Source of the DNA: Thermodesulfobacteriota bacterium
GTDB taxonomy: Bacteria > Desulfobacterota > Desulfarculia > JACQYL01
NCBI GenBank assembly: GCA_963675595.2
Contig: CAXXLZ010000002.1
Span: forward strand, 1,184,001-1,248,000
Direction: 5' to 3'
DNA length: 64,000 bases
Shown: positions 8,754 through 20,812 of the stretch, piece after piece
How the letters are laid out: the number at the start of each line of letters is the position of its first letter
How positions within the stretch are numbered: the stretch's first letter is position 1
Notes under the pieces: generated by a model
The model's database searches: none
What the model was told of the DNA's origin: nothing
What the model saw: the letters and a program-made list of their open reading frames with translations, nothing else
Position numbers and translations under genes: made by a program

Positions 8754-10277
8754 TTACTGAATCGAACCCGCGGTATCTCCCGCCTTTTTCCAGGAATCCT
8801 CTCGCTCCCGGCTCCGTTCCACGGGACGCGCGCATTCTCTAAGCACGTCATCCACGTAGGCATCCCGGCGCATGCCCACCAGTACGGAAGTGACGCCCGG
8901 AGTGGAGCGCAAGGCACGCACCGCCATTCCGCTCAGCGTTTCCGCAGAGGCCCAATCCGCATCCACAGCGCCGAGCCATGTCTTGAGCTTCGCGCACTGT
9001 TTCGCCGCTTCGGCCTGGTATACGGTGGTAACGGCGAAAAGCGCCTCCTGGACCCGTTGTACATGGGTCTCGATTCGCTCGATGTTTTCGTCCGACAGTT
9101 CCTGGCCCGCCAGAAACTGAACCACGCTTTGAACCTTGGGAATAATGAATTGAGTTTGGATTTCCTGCCAGCGGAACAAGTCTCCGTAACGTTTCCAGTG
9201 ATCGGCCAAGAAACCGCCCACGGCTACGGTGTCGGCGAGCTGTTTTTGAAGGGAGGGTTTGAAGTTCATTTCCGGCAAGAGTTCGTTGGTTAACCGTTCT
9301 TCCGAAGCCTTGAGATCGCGAATCTTGGTTTTCACCATGACTTCGCCGGCGGAAATCACGGGTGCCACGTCGGCCAGACGGACGAGCCGACGCTCCGCCA
9401 ACGCATTGAGGGGCCGATTGATCAGCACCGCCAAGCCGTGTTCCCGGGCGAAATCCATCGCGCTCACCCCTTCGGACTGATTTTTCTCCGTAATCGCGCC
9501 GGTTTCCAACAGGTTCAGGGGAAGCTCGACAACCCGAAAATGATGGGACGGAACCATGGATTCCGCAAGATTCCATATCGCTTCAACGGAACTGAACTCA
9601 GGATGCTCTTGGGGATAGGGGAAGGTGTTCGAGCTGATGCCGTAGCATCCGATGCGACCTTTCTCCACCTCGGTTTCCAGGTGGCGGAATGCGACGCCGA
9701 TCCTGCGATAGTACTCGGTGCGCGCTTCCGTAAGGGGAACCTCGGACCTGGAGGCCCATTCCAGATAGTATTCCGGATTATGCAGAAGAAACACGTCGAT
9801 GGTTTCCAAGCCCAAACGATCCAGGCTCGCGGAAATCTGGTCTTCCAGAAAGGAGGGGTGAATACAGTGTTCGAGCCCCTGCCCCAGCTCCACCAGCTCA
9901 GGGTAGGGATTGCCCTCTCGCTTGCGTTCCTGGCTGAGCCGATAGTTCCCGACTTGCAGATAACCCGCTTTGGTAACCACCACGACGGACTCTCTTGAAA
10001 GTTGATTCTCCGCCGTAAGTTTGGCGAGAACGGCTCCCACCAGCTTCTCAGACCCGCCGTCCGCGTAATTGGTGCTGGTGTCGATGATGTTGACCCCCTC
10101 CAATAAGGCTTTGGACAGGGCTTCTTGATGTTCTTCCACCGACACGTCCACCCGGTAACAACCGAATCCCACTTCACTGACCTTTAGGTCCGCACCGGGA
10201 ATTTCATGGTAGGTGAGCCGATCGTGTTTCCTCTCGGCTTCCAGCGTGGCTTTCGGTTGGGCTCTGCCGGGCAACAA
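8754..10277 (-). CDS. aldo/keto reductase with a C-terminal helical insertion
   Basis: VSEVGFGCYR, IDTSTNYADGGSE, VVTKAGY, IDVFLLHNPE. Confidence 0.88.
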   Translation of the reverse strand: MLPGRAQPKATLEAERKHDRLTYHEIPGADLKVSEVGFGCYRVDVSVEEHQEALSKALLEGVNIIDTSTNYADGGSEKLVGAVLAKLTAENQLSRESVVVVTKAGYLQVGNYRLSQERKREGNPYPELVELGQGLEHCIHPSFLEDQISASLDRLGLETIDVFLLHNPEYYLEWASRSEVPLTEARTEYYRRIGVAFRHLETEVEKGRIGCYGISSNTFPYPQEHPEFSSVEAIWNLAESMVPSHHFRVVELPLNLLETGAITEKNQSEGVSAMDFAREHGLAVLINRPLNALAERRLVRLADVAPVISAGEVMVKTKIRDLKASEERLTNELLPEMNFKPSLQKQLADTVAVGGFLADHWKRYGDLFRWQEIQTQFIIPKVQSVVQFLAGQELSDENIERIETHVQRVQEALFAVTTVYQAEAAKQCAKLKTWLGAVDADWASAETLSGMAVRALRSTPGVTSVLVGMRRDAYVDDVLRECARPVERSREREDSWKKAGDTAGSIQ

Positions 10278-10659
10278 AACGAACTCCTTTTCTTTTTCGG
10301 CGGGGAGATATCGGATATGAGGCTCTTCCTCAGTCGCATGAACGGCGTTCGGGAACGCACCTTGTTCAGTCGATCTTGAAAAACGATTAGACCTGGAAGG
10401 AGCTTTGTCAAGGTATGAAGACCAATTTTGTCCGACTTCAGTGGATCCGGCGGAAACTCGATACCCGGAGCCACGCGGGCGGGCCGGTCCGTAGGCGATT
10501 CAGTCCGGCTACCAGGCTGCGGCTCGGGGCCGTACGTCCAAGGCGACTATGGAGGCCGTATTGGTGGGATTCGCGACGAGCTCCGGAGGAAACCCGCCTG
10601 CGGCGGATATCCCCCGGAATGTTCGGTTCATGCGAGTGTCAAAAGGATGGAATGTCCGG

Positions 10660-12993
10660 TTATTGGATGACCGGGGCCGTACTGCATCCCTGATAGGTTA
10701 CCGTGGTCGGCGACGATCCCGAACACTGGAACGAAATCACACCGCTCTCAGGATAGTCGCATTCCTGTGTGGTGGAAATGGTCACGTCGTCCATGATCAT
10801 CGTAGCGTTGCCCAACGTACTCGTGTGTCCGGCGGTGGTATTCAACACCACGTTGCTTGCGGACTGAACCATGGTGATATACGCGTTTAGCTGCTTCGTG
10901 CCGATGGGGCCGGTTACCGTGGCCGTGACCGTCATGTCCATCGTACTCGAAGTAGACCCCAACGTACCTTCCAAGGTCCCCGTGCCGTTGATCATCATGC
11001 CGGGCACGCCGAAGTTGTTGAAGTTCAGGTCCAGATCGATGCTCCGCTCATTCTCGGACAATTCCTCCATGGAGCCGCTGAATCCGAGGCTCCCGGATAC
11101 CGCCTGACCGTCGAAGGTCAAAGTGGACGGAGTGAGCAAACCCGAGAAATCTCCCTCGCCGGAGATAGACTCCAGCGTGGCGGAAAGGGAGGCGGCCCCG
11201 GTCACCGTATGGCTCCCGAAACTCAGGTTGGACGAGGTGAGGTTGATCAGGGCCGAGACGCTGCCGCCGCTCAGGCTCTGAGCCTCCATTTGCAGGTTTC
11301 CGGCCAGGGTCCCGTCCAACTCGGTGGACGTGCTGCCGGCTTTCAGGTTGTTGAAGGTCGCGGAAAAACCGCCCGTGATCTCAAGGGTGGGCGCGGACTG
11401 AATGGAAAGCCCGGTGATTTCCATGTCCAGGGAGCCGGAGTACGTCTCCCCTTCGAAATCACACCCGGACCCGAAGTCCGCCGAAATGCTGATATTGGAA
11501 GGAGGACTGCTCAGCCAGGCGAGACTGAAAGGCGGATCCACGGTCACCGTGGGGCACGTGGGTGCATCCTCACCCCCTACAAGCCCCTGGACCACCGCCT
11601 GGACCATATCCAGCACGCTGTCCACCGGAACCCCGGTCACCAGATCGAAGAGGAACTCCACGCTCTCGGACATCTGCTGAGCCGTAGTCGCGTCCACGTC
11701 GCATTCGCCGGAGACTGTTTCAGTGAGGGACGCATACCCGCTCACGTCGGCCGAAGTCGTTCCTTCCGGCGCGGCAACGCATCGGGCCATGGCCGTGGCG
11801 TTCCCCGGAACAGACCCGCCGAACCCCAGCATCAAATTGAACGGCTTGCCGGACAATTCCGACGCACTGAACCCGGAAGCCGCATCCGAGTCGAGAAACA
11901 CCATGAAATTCTGTAGGTCGTCGGTAACGATGGCAATGGCGGAACCCGCTCCGTAGGTCTGGTAATAGTAGTTCCGCGTGGGGGATTCGCACGAGGGAGA
12001 CTTCCAGATTCCGTCGTACAGGGGGTCCGTGGCGCCGCCGAACTCTTTGGTGATGGCGTACGTCTTGGGGGAGGAACCCGCCAGGGTCATGGTCGCCGAA
12101 GCGGCGGTTTCGGAGCTGAAGTTCAGAGTCAAGTGATGGCCGGCGCCCGCCAGATCGGACACATCCACCCCGTCGGACACGTCGGAGTCCAGAAATACAT
12201 AGAAATCGGTCAGATTCGGCGTGGCGATCACGATGACCGATCCCGGAGCATAGGTCTGCACGTAGAAGTTCATGGTCGGGCCCGCGTCCTTCCAGATCCC
12301 GTCATACCCGTCCCCGGATGGACTGGATCCGCCCACGGGTTCGGCGCACACATTGTCGAAATTCATGCTCAAACCCCCGCCCGCCCCCATGATCCACAAA
12401 ATGTCGAAGAGCGAGGCCGCGCCGGTGAAGTCTCCCGCAAACTTGGCCGTGGTATTCTGTTTGTTCAAGCGGAGAATCAATTCCGTATCGGATACGGAAA
12501 ACCCGATGGAGGTCAGCGGGTCGGGAACGGGCAGATACTCCGAATCAACCCAAATCTCATTACCCACATCCCACACGGAAACTGAGGCATCCCCCGAATC
12601 GCCGTAATAGACCGGCCAGACGAACACCGCCACACCGTCGGCGGAGGAGCCGTCCACGTTGAAGAACACGTCCCCCGAGGTCCACGTGTACATGGCGAAA
12701 TAGCACTCGGTCGGATCCCCGGAGCACACGATGTCGTCCACGTCCACATCGATCACAAAAGGTTCGCCCGCGGCAAAGGCCGTATCTGCCACGGCGAAGT
12801 CGGAAGCATTGCTCAGAACAAGCTTCCCGTCCTGAATGGAGAAGGAATCATCCGAAAAATCCCAAGTATGGGCCGAAAGTCCGGAAAAGTCTTCATAAAA
12901 AGACTCGCAATCCACCGCAAAAGCGGCCGGCGAGGAAAGGCAGAAAAGGGTCAGAACTCCCACCAGAAACACGAGAACACCCCGGTTCCCCAT
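10660..12993 (-). CDS. large exported Ser/Gly/Thr-rich surface protein with two tandem 'GIWK' domains
   Basis: Signal peptide, AGGAGG RBS; repeats YDGIWK...Y.QTY..GS.I.I.T..L..F.VFLDSD; homologous repeats in 36402-39143. Confidence 0.8.
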   Translation of the reverse strand: MGNRGVLVFLVGVLTLFCLSSPAAFAVDCESFYEDFSGLSAHTWDFSDDSFSIQDGKLVLSNASDFAVADTAFAAGEPFVIDVDVDDIVCSGDPTECYFAMYTWTSGDVFFNVDGSSADGVAVFVWPVYYGDSGDASVSVWDVGNEIWVDSEYLPVPDPLTSIGFSVSDTELILRLNKQNTTAKFAGDFTGAASLFDILWIMGAGGGLSMNFDNVCAEPVGGSSPSGDGYDGIWKDAGPTMNFYVQTYAPGSVIVIATPNLTDFYVFLDSDVSDGVDVSDLAGAGHHLTLNFSSETAASATMTLAGSSPKTYAITKEFGGATDPLYDGIWKSPSCESPTRNYYYQTYGAGSAIAIVTDDLQNFMVFLDSDAASGFSASELSGKPFNLMLGFGGSVPGNATAMARCVAAPEGTTSADVSGYASLTETVSGECDVDATTAQQMSESVEFLFDLVTGVPVDSVLDMVQAVVQGLVGGEDAPTCPTVTVDPPFSLAWLSSPPSNISISADFGSGCDFEGETYSGSLDMEITGLSIQSAPTLEITGGFSATFNNLKAGSTSTELDGTLAGNLQMEAQSLSGGSVSALINLTSSNLSFGSHTVTGAASLSATLESISGEGDFSGLLTPSTLTFDGQAVSGSLGFSGSMEELSENERSIDLDLNFNNFGVPGMMINGTGTLEGTLGSTSSTMDMTVTATVTGPIGTKQLNAYITMVQSASNVVLNTTAGHTSTLGNATMIMDDVTISTTQECDYPESGVISFQCSGSSPTTVTYQGCSTAPVIQ

Positions 12994-13120
12994 CTCGAAC
13001 CTCCTTCATGAAATAGGATTGATCGGACCTTTTCGCGCAACGCGAGGATTACCCTCAACCGCCGCCGCTTTCCCACGGTTCCCCATACCATCGGCCCGAC
13101 ATTTGTACGGAATCGCTTCC

Positions 13121-13150
13121 AGAATAGCCGAGGGGGTTTCGAACTGTCAA
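13121..13150 (-). promoter_or_regulatory. sigma70 promoter for the 12993 gene
   Basis: Minus strand TTGACA-18 bp-TATTCT. Confidence 0.55.
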
Positions 13151-13229
13151 CCGGGGAGCCACCACGAGGCAAATTCCAAGACCGTCGCCGGCCTACGAAG
13201 ATTCCTTCGGATGGGACTCGACGAAAAGT

Positions 13230-15253
<2,024 letters not shown>

Positions 15254-15756
15254 AGGCATTCACGCGGAGGATTTTAATAAAGTCCCTCCCGAGCACCCCG
15301 TCAAGACACCTCAGACAGGCCCCACCGACTTGGGCGGAGAGGCTGAGGAGAAATCAGGATTCCTCACTAATTCCCACCGGTCCTTACCTTTGCTGAATCG
15401 GCGGGAATACGCTCAAGTTCGGCTTCGTCCCCCTAATGACGGGGCACGCACAAGAGGATCCGGGGTGATGTCGTTCCCCGTTTATCCTGTGAATAAGAAC
15501 GACGAAAAAGGTTTCAGCATGCCCTTGCCGCGCGTAGAATACATGCTCGGGAAACATGACCCACAGGGGACTCCCCTTGCTAAACAAGCATCGTCTGTCA
15601 CTGTTCACAGGGTGGGTGGGGAGACCGATTGCCGGACGCATTGGTACGGAGCCTTCGACAAGGGCGCCCGAATCCGGAAATCCACTCATGGCATGAAGCC
15701 TCTCCGCCGGAGGCGGTGAGGAACGCTTTCAACCTTTCCGAGTCAGTGGGAGTCCC

Positions 15757-16680
15757 ATGCCCCCCGGCCCGCAATCACAACGAACCCTGGGCACCCTTTC
15801 CGTGGTGGGAGCGGCGGTTCTCTGGGCTCTGTCCGGAACGGCGTCCAAGTTTCTCTTTCACAACGGGGTTTCGCCCTTCCAGTTGGTACAACTCAGGACC
15901 ACCATCGCCGCGGCGGTCCTGGCGCTCTGGTTCCTTGTCCGCGCTCCCAAACTCCTGCGCGTTTCCCTTAAGGACGTGCCGGCTTTCCTCGCCCTGGGCC
16001 TGGGTCTGGCCGCGGCGCAATTCACCTACCTCTACGCCATCAGCAAGGTGCACGTGGCCGCGGCCATTATGCTCCAATACCAGGCCCCCATGCTCATCGC
16101 CGCCCATGCCTTGATCACTTCCAGGGAAAGACTGACCCCCTTCACCCTCGTGGCCCTGGCTGGTTCCGCCTTGGGGTGCTACCTGGTGGTGGGCGCCTAC
16201 AGCCTGGACCTGCTCGCCATGAACCGGGCGGGAATCATCTCCGGCCTGGCTTCCGCCGTCACTTTCGGCTGGTATGCCGTGGCCAGCGAAGACCGCATGC
16301 GGTCCTATCCCCCCTGGACCGTGCTGTGCTTTGCTCTGATCTTCGCCGCCCTCGCCTGGAACGTGCTTCATCCGCCGCTGGAGTCCTTCCTGACGCCCCG
16401 CTCCGGGCGAATCTGGGCCTGGATTTTGTACGTGTGCACCTTCGGCACCATTCTTCCCTTCGGTCTGTACAACGAAGGCATCCGCCGCATACGCCCCACG
16501 CGGGCGAGCATCACCGCCACCCTGGAGCCCATGACCGCCGCGGTCCTGGCTTACGTGTTCCTCCACGAGTTTCTCGAAATTCCCCAGATGGCGGGCGCCC
16601 TGCTGGTCGTCGGGTCCATCGTGCTGTTGCAGGCGGGAAAGGAGAAACAACGGGTGGAGAACGAGGTCTCCGAACCGTGA
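15757..16680 (+). CDS. EamA/DMT family transporter
   Basis: About 10 hydrophobic segments in two repeats; ASITATLEP motif. Confidence 0.9.
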   Translation: MPPGPQSQRTLGTLSVVGAAVLWALSGTASKFLFHNGVSPFQLVQLRTTIAAAVLALWFLVRAPKLLRVSLKDVPAFLALGLGLAAAQFTYLYAISKVHVAAAIMLQYQAPMLIAAHALITSRERLTPFTLVALAGSALGCYLVVGAYSLDLLAMNRAGIISGLASAVTFGWYAVASEDRMRSYPPWTVLCFALIFAALAWNVLHPPLESFLTPRSGRIWAWILYVCTFGTILPFGLYNEGIRRIRPTRASITATLEPMTAAVLAYVFLHEFLEIPQMAGALLVVGSIVLLQAGKEKQRVENEVSEP

Positions 16681-16780
16681 GAAGCCTCGCATGAGAGGGC
16701 GGAATTCAGTCCGGAAGCCTTTCGGCAAAGGTTTCCACAACCCCCCTCCAAAGCGGTCGGAATCGGCCCTATCGACCGAT

Positions 16781-16860
16781 CCACCGGTTTTCGGATGTTT
16801 CCCGTAGGGGCGGTTCGCGAACCGCCCCTACGAAGTGTGATGATCAACACACCGTTCGGG
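16781..16860 (-). repeat. GTAG-type REP palindrome inside a short RAYT-derived remnant
   Basis: Perfect 30-bp palindrome CGTAGGGGCGGTTCGCGAACCGCCCCTACG (16803-16832); flanks match 28300-28381 in inverted orientation; minus frame reads NGVLIITLRRGGSRTAPT..RKP. Confidence 0.7.
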
Positions 16861-17123
16861 CGGCGAGACTCACGGAGAGAAGGCATACCGGGCCCGTATG
16901 ATTTCGAACGGACGGTTGCCTCGCGCCAACCCTCTTATGACCCTGCGAACAACCAGGGCGCGAAGTCGCGGTCGTCCTTAGGGAGACCGGCCCGGCCGAC
17001 GGTTCGCTCCGCTTCTCACCGTTCATCCCCGTGACCCGGGTTTCCCGTAGGATTCCCGGCCTCACCCCTTGCTTTTGACTTGAAAAACCCGCCCCATCGG
17101 AGTTACACAGTAGGTTCCTCAGC

Positions 17124-17200
17124 GCGCCCGTAGCTCAGCTGGATAGAGCAGCGGACTTCTAATCCGCAGGTCACAGGTTCGAATCCTGTCGGGCGTGCCA
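17124..17200 (+). tRNA. tRNA-Arg(TCT)
   Basis: Acceptor GCGCCCG/CGGGCGT, D arm AGCTCAGCTGGATAGAGC, anticodon arm GCGGA-CTTCTAA-TCCGC, T loop GTTCGAATC, encoded CCA. Confidence 0.97.
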
Positions 17201-17215
17201 GTCTTTTTTGTTCCG

Positions 17216-17248
17216 GGTCGGGCGCGGTGGCTCGACCTTTTGTTTTTT
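17216..17248 (+). terminator. intrinsic terminator after the tRNA
   Basis: GGTCGGGC-gcggtg-GCTCGACC followed by TTTTGTTTTTT. Confidence 0.75.
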
Positions 17249-17509
17249 GCGGCGCCACACCGTCTCGCCCGGCGCCACGAATTCCGGAGACGTTATGCCC
17301 GTTTCCGATCAAGCCTCGGCGCGGAAGAGAATACTTCGCTTATTCATACGTATGCCGTCTCCCGATTCCGCAAATGATTACTGCACAAACGATACTTATC
17401 ACGGAAAACAGGGCAAACCTGGTAGTATATGCCTATGCGTCGATTATTTCGAGATGCAATAAGGCACGCTTTTTAAATTGTTGGATAGCAAGGGAACCGG
17501 GATATCAGC

Positions 17510-19417
17510 ATGAACGCACTGAAACCCGCAATGGGCGGCTTGAAAAGAGGTTTATCCTTGGTTTTCAACAGGACGGCCGTCACTATTCTGGTAATTTGTT
17601 TGCTTACAACGAGTTGCGCTCTGTTTAAGTTAAGGAAAGAGACTGCCGAAGGTCTGGCCTCCACCGTTCTGGTCGGGCGTATTTCGACCGCCTTTCCAGG
17701 CAATGGGCCCATTGTGGTGGCTGCCTACGCCATGAATCAGGGCAAAAGAGAGGTTGTCGATTATACGGTTCTGCATGATTTTGGTGAGTATGAAATCTTG
17801 GTTGCCAAAGGAAATTATTACGTATTTGCGTATTGGGATAAAAACGGTAACTTGATTTATGACGACGGCGAACCGGCAGGGCAGTACGGTGACCCGAAAA
17901 TGGTTGTTGCACCGGCTGGAGGCGTTGTCGGGGATATCAATATCTCCATTCCGGAAAAAACACGGAATATTGAAGTACCCACTGGATTTGAAATTACATC
18001 GGATAAACCTCATGAGCTTCATAGTCGGCTTGCGGGCGCAATAGTTGATTTGGATGACGAACTGTTTTCAGAGGAAAATGGCAGGAAAGGCTACTGGGAA
18101 CCGATTTCATTTTTTAAGGAGATTGGAGGCAATATCTACTTTCTTGAGGAATATGATCCTCAAAAAATACCGATACTCTTTATACACGGTGCCGCAGGCA
18201 CGCCAAAACAATGGAAGTATTTCGTAGAAAATATCGATAGAACACGTTTCCAGCCTTGGTTTTTTTATTATGCAAGTGGGGCCCCCATCAAAAGCATGTC
18301 CTATCTATTGCTATGGAAATTAGAAAACCTGAAATTAAAGTATAACTTTGACCAACTATATATTACGGCGCACAGTATGGGCGGACTGCTGGCAAGGTCA
18401 TTTATTATGGATCATCGTGACCGTTTTCCCTATGTAACACTTTTTGTTTCCATGGCCACCCCATGGGGGGGCGATAGTATGGCCGTATACGGTGTCAAAC
18501 AATCTCCGGCTGTAGTACCGTGCTGGATCGATATGCAGCCGGAAAGTCCGTTTATCCAATCGCTATACAGAACCAAGATGCCGGAGACCGTCAGCTTTTA
18601 TATGTTTTACGGCCACCGGGGAAGCCGTAACCCATTTCGATCGAATAACGATAGAACGATTGCTTTTTCCAGCCTCTTGGACCGCAGAGCTCAGTCAGAA
18701 GCGAAAATGAATTATGCCTTTAATGAGGACCATGCAAGCATTATCCACAGCAAGGCCGTGGTCGACCAGTACAATGCGATTATTAACAACTTTTCCCATC
18801 CATCCGGCGGATACCTCAAGATCCACTTTTCCTATCACCACCCTTTCGCCGGCGAAAGGCCTGAGCCGATACTTATACTACAGCCCATCGGCAAAAAGCA
18901 TGCGGAAATGGAAGTCAGGCTAAGTGCCAATGATAATGGCAGAATTCTTGGCCCTTTCCCTGCCGGTGATTATTCAGCAACCTTTGTCGCTTTAACCGCC
19001 GTCGGCAAAGGAAACGTGCCTGTGACGATTGAGAACAATGAAACAAGCGAACTCAAATATGTGTTGACCCCTGACCATGTAATTTGTGGGACACTAATAT
19101 CCGCTTTGCAGTCTGAGGACTGGGGCGCCGGAATGCCGTATCATGAGAACTTTTCGATGCAATCAATTACATTGAAAGGCACCGGGATTCATCGAAAACT
19201 CCATCTGCTCGAAGGTGAAGATGTCAATATATTAGACTATTTTGTTCCACGTACTGATTACTACTACAAAGGAAATTTCATCTTCTTTGGACTACCCGCC
19301 GGTGAATTCGAGCTCATTATTCGTGCGGAAGGCTATAAGCCCTTCGTGAAAAAGTGTTTTATCAAGGCCGGCAAACAAAATGATCCGTTGCTTATTGAAT
19401 TAACACCGGAAGAATAG
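17510..19417 (+). CDS. alpha/beta-hydrolase lipoprotein (lipase/esterase-like) with beta-sandwich accessory domains; AT-rich gene
   Basis: Lipobox LTTSC; FIHGAAG oxyanion region, AHSMGG nucleophile elbow, NDRTI, EDH; visibly lower GC than the flanks. Confidence 0.85.
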   Translation: MNALKPAMGGLKRGLSLVFNRTAVTILVICLLTTSCALFKLRKETAEGLASTVLVGRISTAFPGNGPIVVAAYAMNQGKREVVDYTVLHDFGEYEILVAKGNYYVFAYWDKNGNLIYDDGEPAGQYGDPKMVVAPAGGVVGDINISIPEKTRNIEVPTGFEITSDKPHELHSRLAGAIVDLDDELFSEENGRKGYWEPISFFKEIGGNIYFLEEYDPQKIPILFIHGAAGTPKQWKYFVENIDRTRFQPWFFYYASGAPIKSMSYLLLWKLENLKLKYNFDQLYITAHSMGGLLARSFIMDHRDRFPYVTLFVSMATPWGGDSMAVYGVKQSPAVVPCWIDMQPESPFIQSLYRTKMPETVSFYMFYGHRGSRNPFRSNNDRTIAFSSLLDRRAQSEAKMNYAFNEDHASIIHSKAVVDQYNAIINNFSHPSGGYLKIHFSYHHPFAGERPEPILILQPIGKKHAEMEVRLSANDNGRILGPFPAGDYSATFVALTAVGKGNVPVTIENNETSELKYVLTPDHVICGTLISALQSEDWGAGMPYHENFSMQSITLKGTGIHRKLHLLEGEDVNILDYFVPRTDYYYKGNFIFFGLPAGEFELIIRAEGYKPFVKKCFIKAGKQNDPLLIELTPEE

Positions 19418-19827
19418 TCCATTGGGGACGTTGTTGACTAACATGACAAACTGTGAGATATGTCTAATGGAGGGACACCCGGGACACCTTACCGCTTCCG
19501 TCTGTCCTCGACATTGGCTTCCCCGCCTTCCTTCAGAAGCGGCAAACTCAACCCAACGTACGCCGTGACGGGTCGCGCAGACCCTTCATGCCCATTTGAT
19601 CATCTTGAGCGATTCCTGAGATATGGCGGTGCTCATTTTGCATGGCCGTTCTTTCTTATAACCCGTGCAGGAAGGCCCCCGTCAATTGGGAATTCCCGTC
19701 ATTTTTTCGGGATCATGGTCTCGAATGGGTGGATGGTCGGACGGACTCAGGAACGGCCGAAAAAGGCCGGCCGGTCTTCAACAGGCCGAGAAGTGCGTGA
19801 TCCTCACCTTCACGGCGGCAGGCCCCA

Positions 19828-19975
19828 TCACAGCCCGATCTGAGCCATAACGGCTCGAATATCCGTATAATCCTTGATGCATGGTTCATGTCCGAGACCG
19901 TTCCCCTCCGGGAGGAAGTGGTAGCCGAGCGTTGCCGCAGCCTGCCGATCCCGGGCCGCATCACCAAAGTAGGTT
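19828..19975 (-). pseudogene. C-terminal remnant of a HAD-family hydrolase
   Basis: YFGDAARDRQAAATLGYHF resembles HAD motif IV (GDxxxD-xAA); no N-terminal part visible. Confidence 0.45.
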
Positions 19976-20812
19976 TTGGAGCTGTAGTTTGTAGGTAATC
20001 GGGGGGGGGACATCATAATAGAAGCCGAAAAGTCAAGAAACAAGACTTGACCACACTCCACTTACGATCCTTCGGGACTTCCACGCCCGAGCCATCACGG
20101 CCGACCTCGCCGCCGTCATCGTTCATCCGGTCCAGGATCGCCTCGAACAAGAAGATAAAGACCCTCCTCCCAAACGCGCCAAGCAATTCAACCTCATCTA
20201 TGCCCTCCCAACCATGAAAAACAACACAGTCTCCCTACTCACAGGAACCGCCGTCTTGGAACTTCTACGGGCACTCTTCCGGCTCTTGCGAAAGACCCGG
20301 CTCCTCATCCGCCCGGGTCGAAGAAACCCGGGAAAGAAAGGACCGAAGCTGAAGCTCTTCGCAATGGCTTGGGAACCCATCGCCCAAGCCAATCATGTTG
20401 GGTCTTTGTTAAAAGAAAACAAAATGTTGTGCGGATTTCCTCACACCTCTGCAATGAAATGGACATAGTTCAATTCTATTAGAAAAGCGGTCTCGAACCA
20501 CCGTAATCACGAAGTGAAAACGCGAATCATACTTTCCGGGAGGGTCATGGGTACAGCTCCTTTGCGCGGTTGGCCGTACGGAGGAAGACGGTCGCCGAAA
20601 CGCGTACTGGCCCGACTCGGGGTGGATGTTTCGTCTCCGGAAAAGGCGGCCTGCACGCTCCCGTTCTCTCCCGAAGACGCCACTTGCGGGATCGAAAACG
20701 AGATGCAGGCCGTGGTTATAGGGCCCCGAGACAGTGTCGACCTGCCGCGAACCATCGAAGAATCGAACTACTTTCAAAACATAATGAAGCGTCACCATAG
20801 GGGGGAACTCCC

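Noticed and set aside
15260-15750. Possible ncRNA or small ORFs between the intron and the EamA gene
   Set aside because: Hairpins are present but match no family I recognise; the ORFs lack protein-like features.
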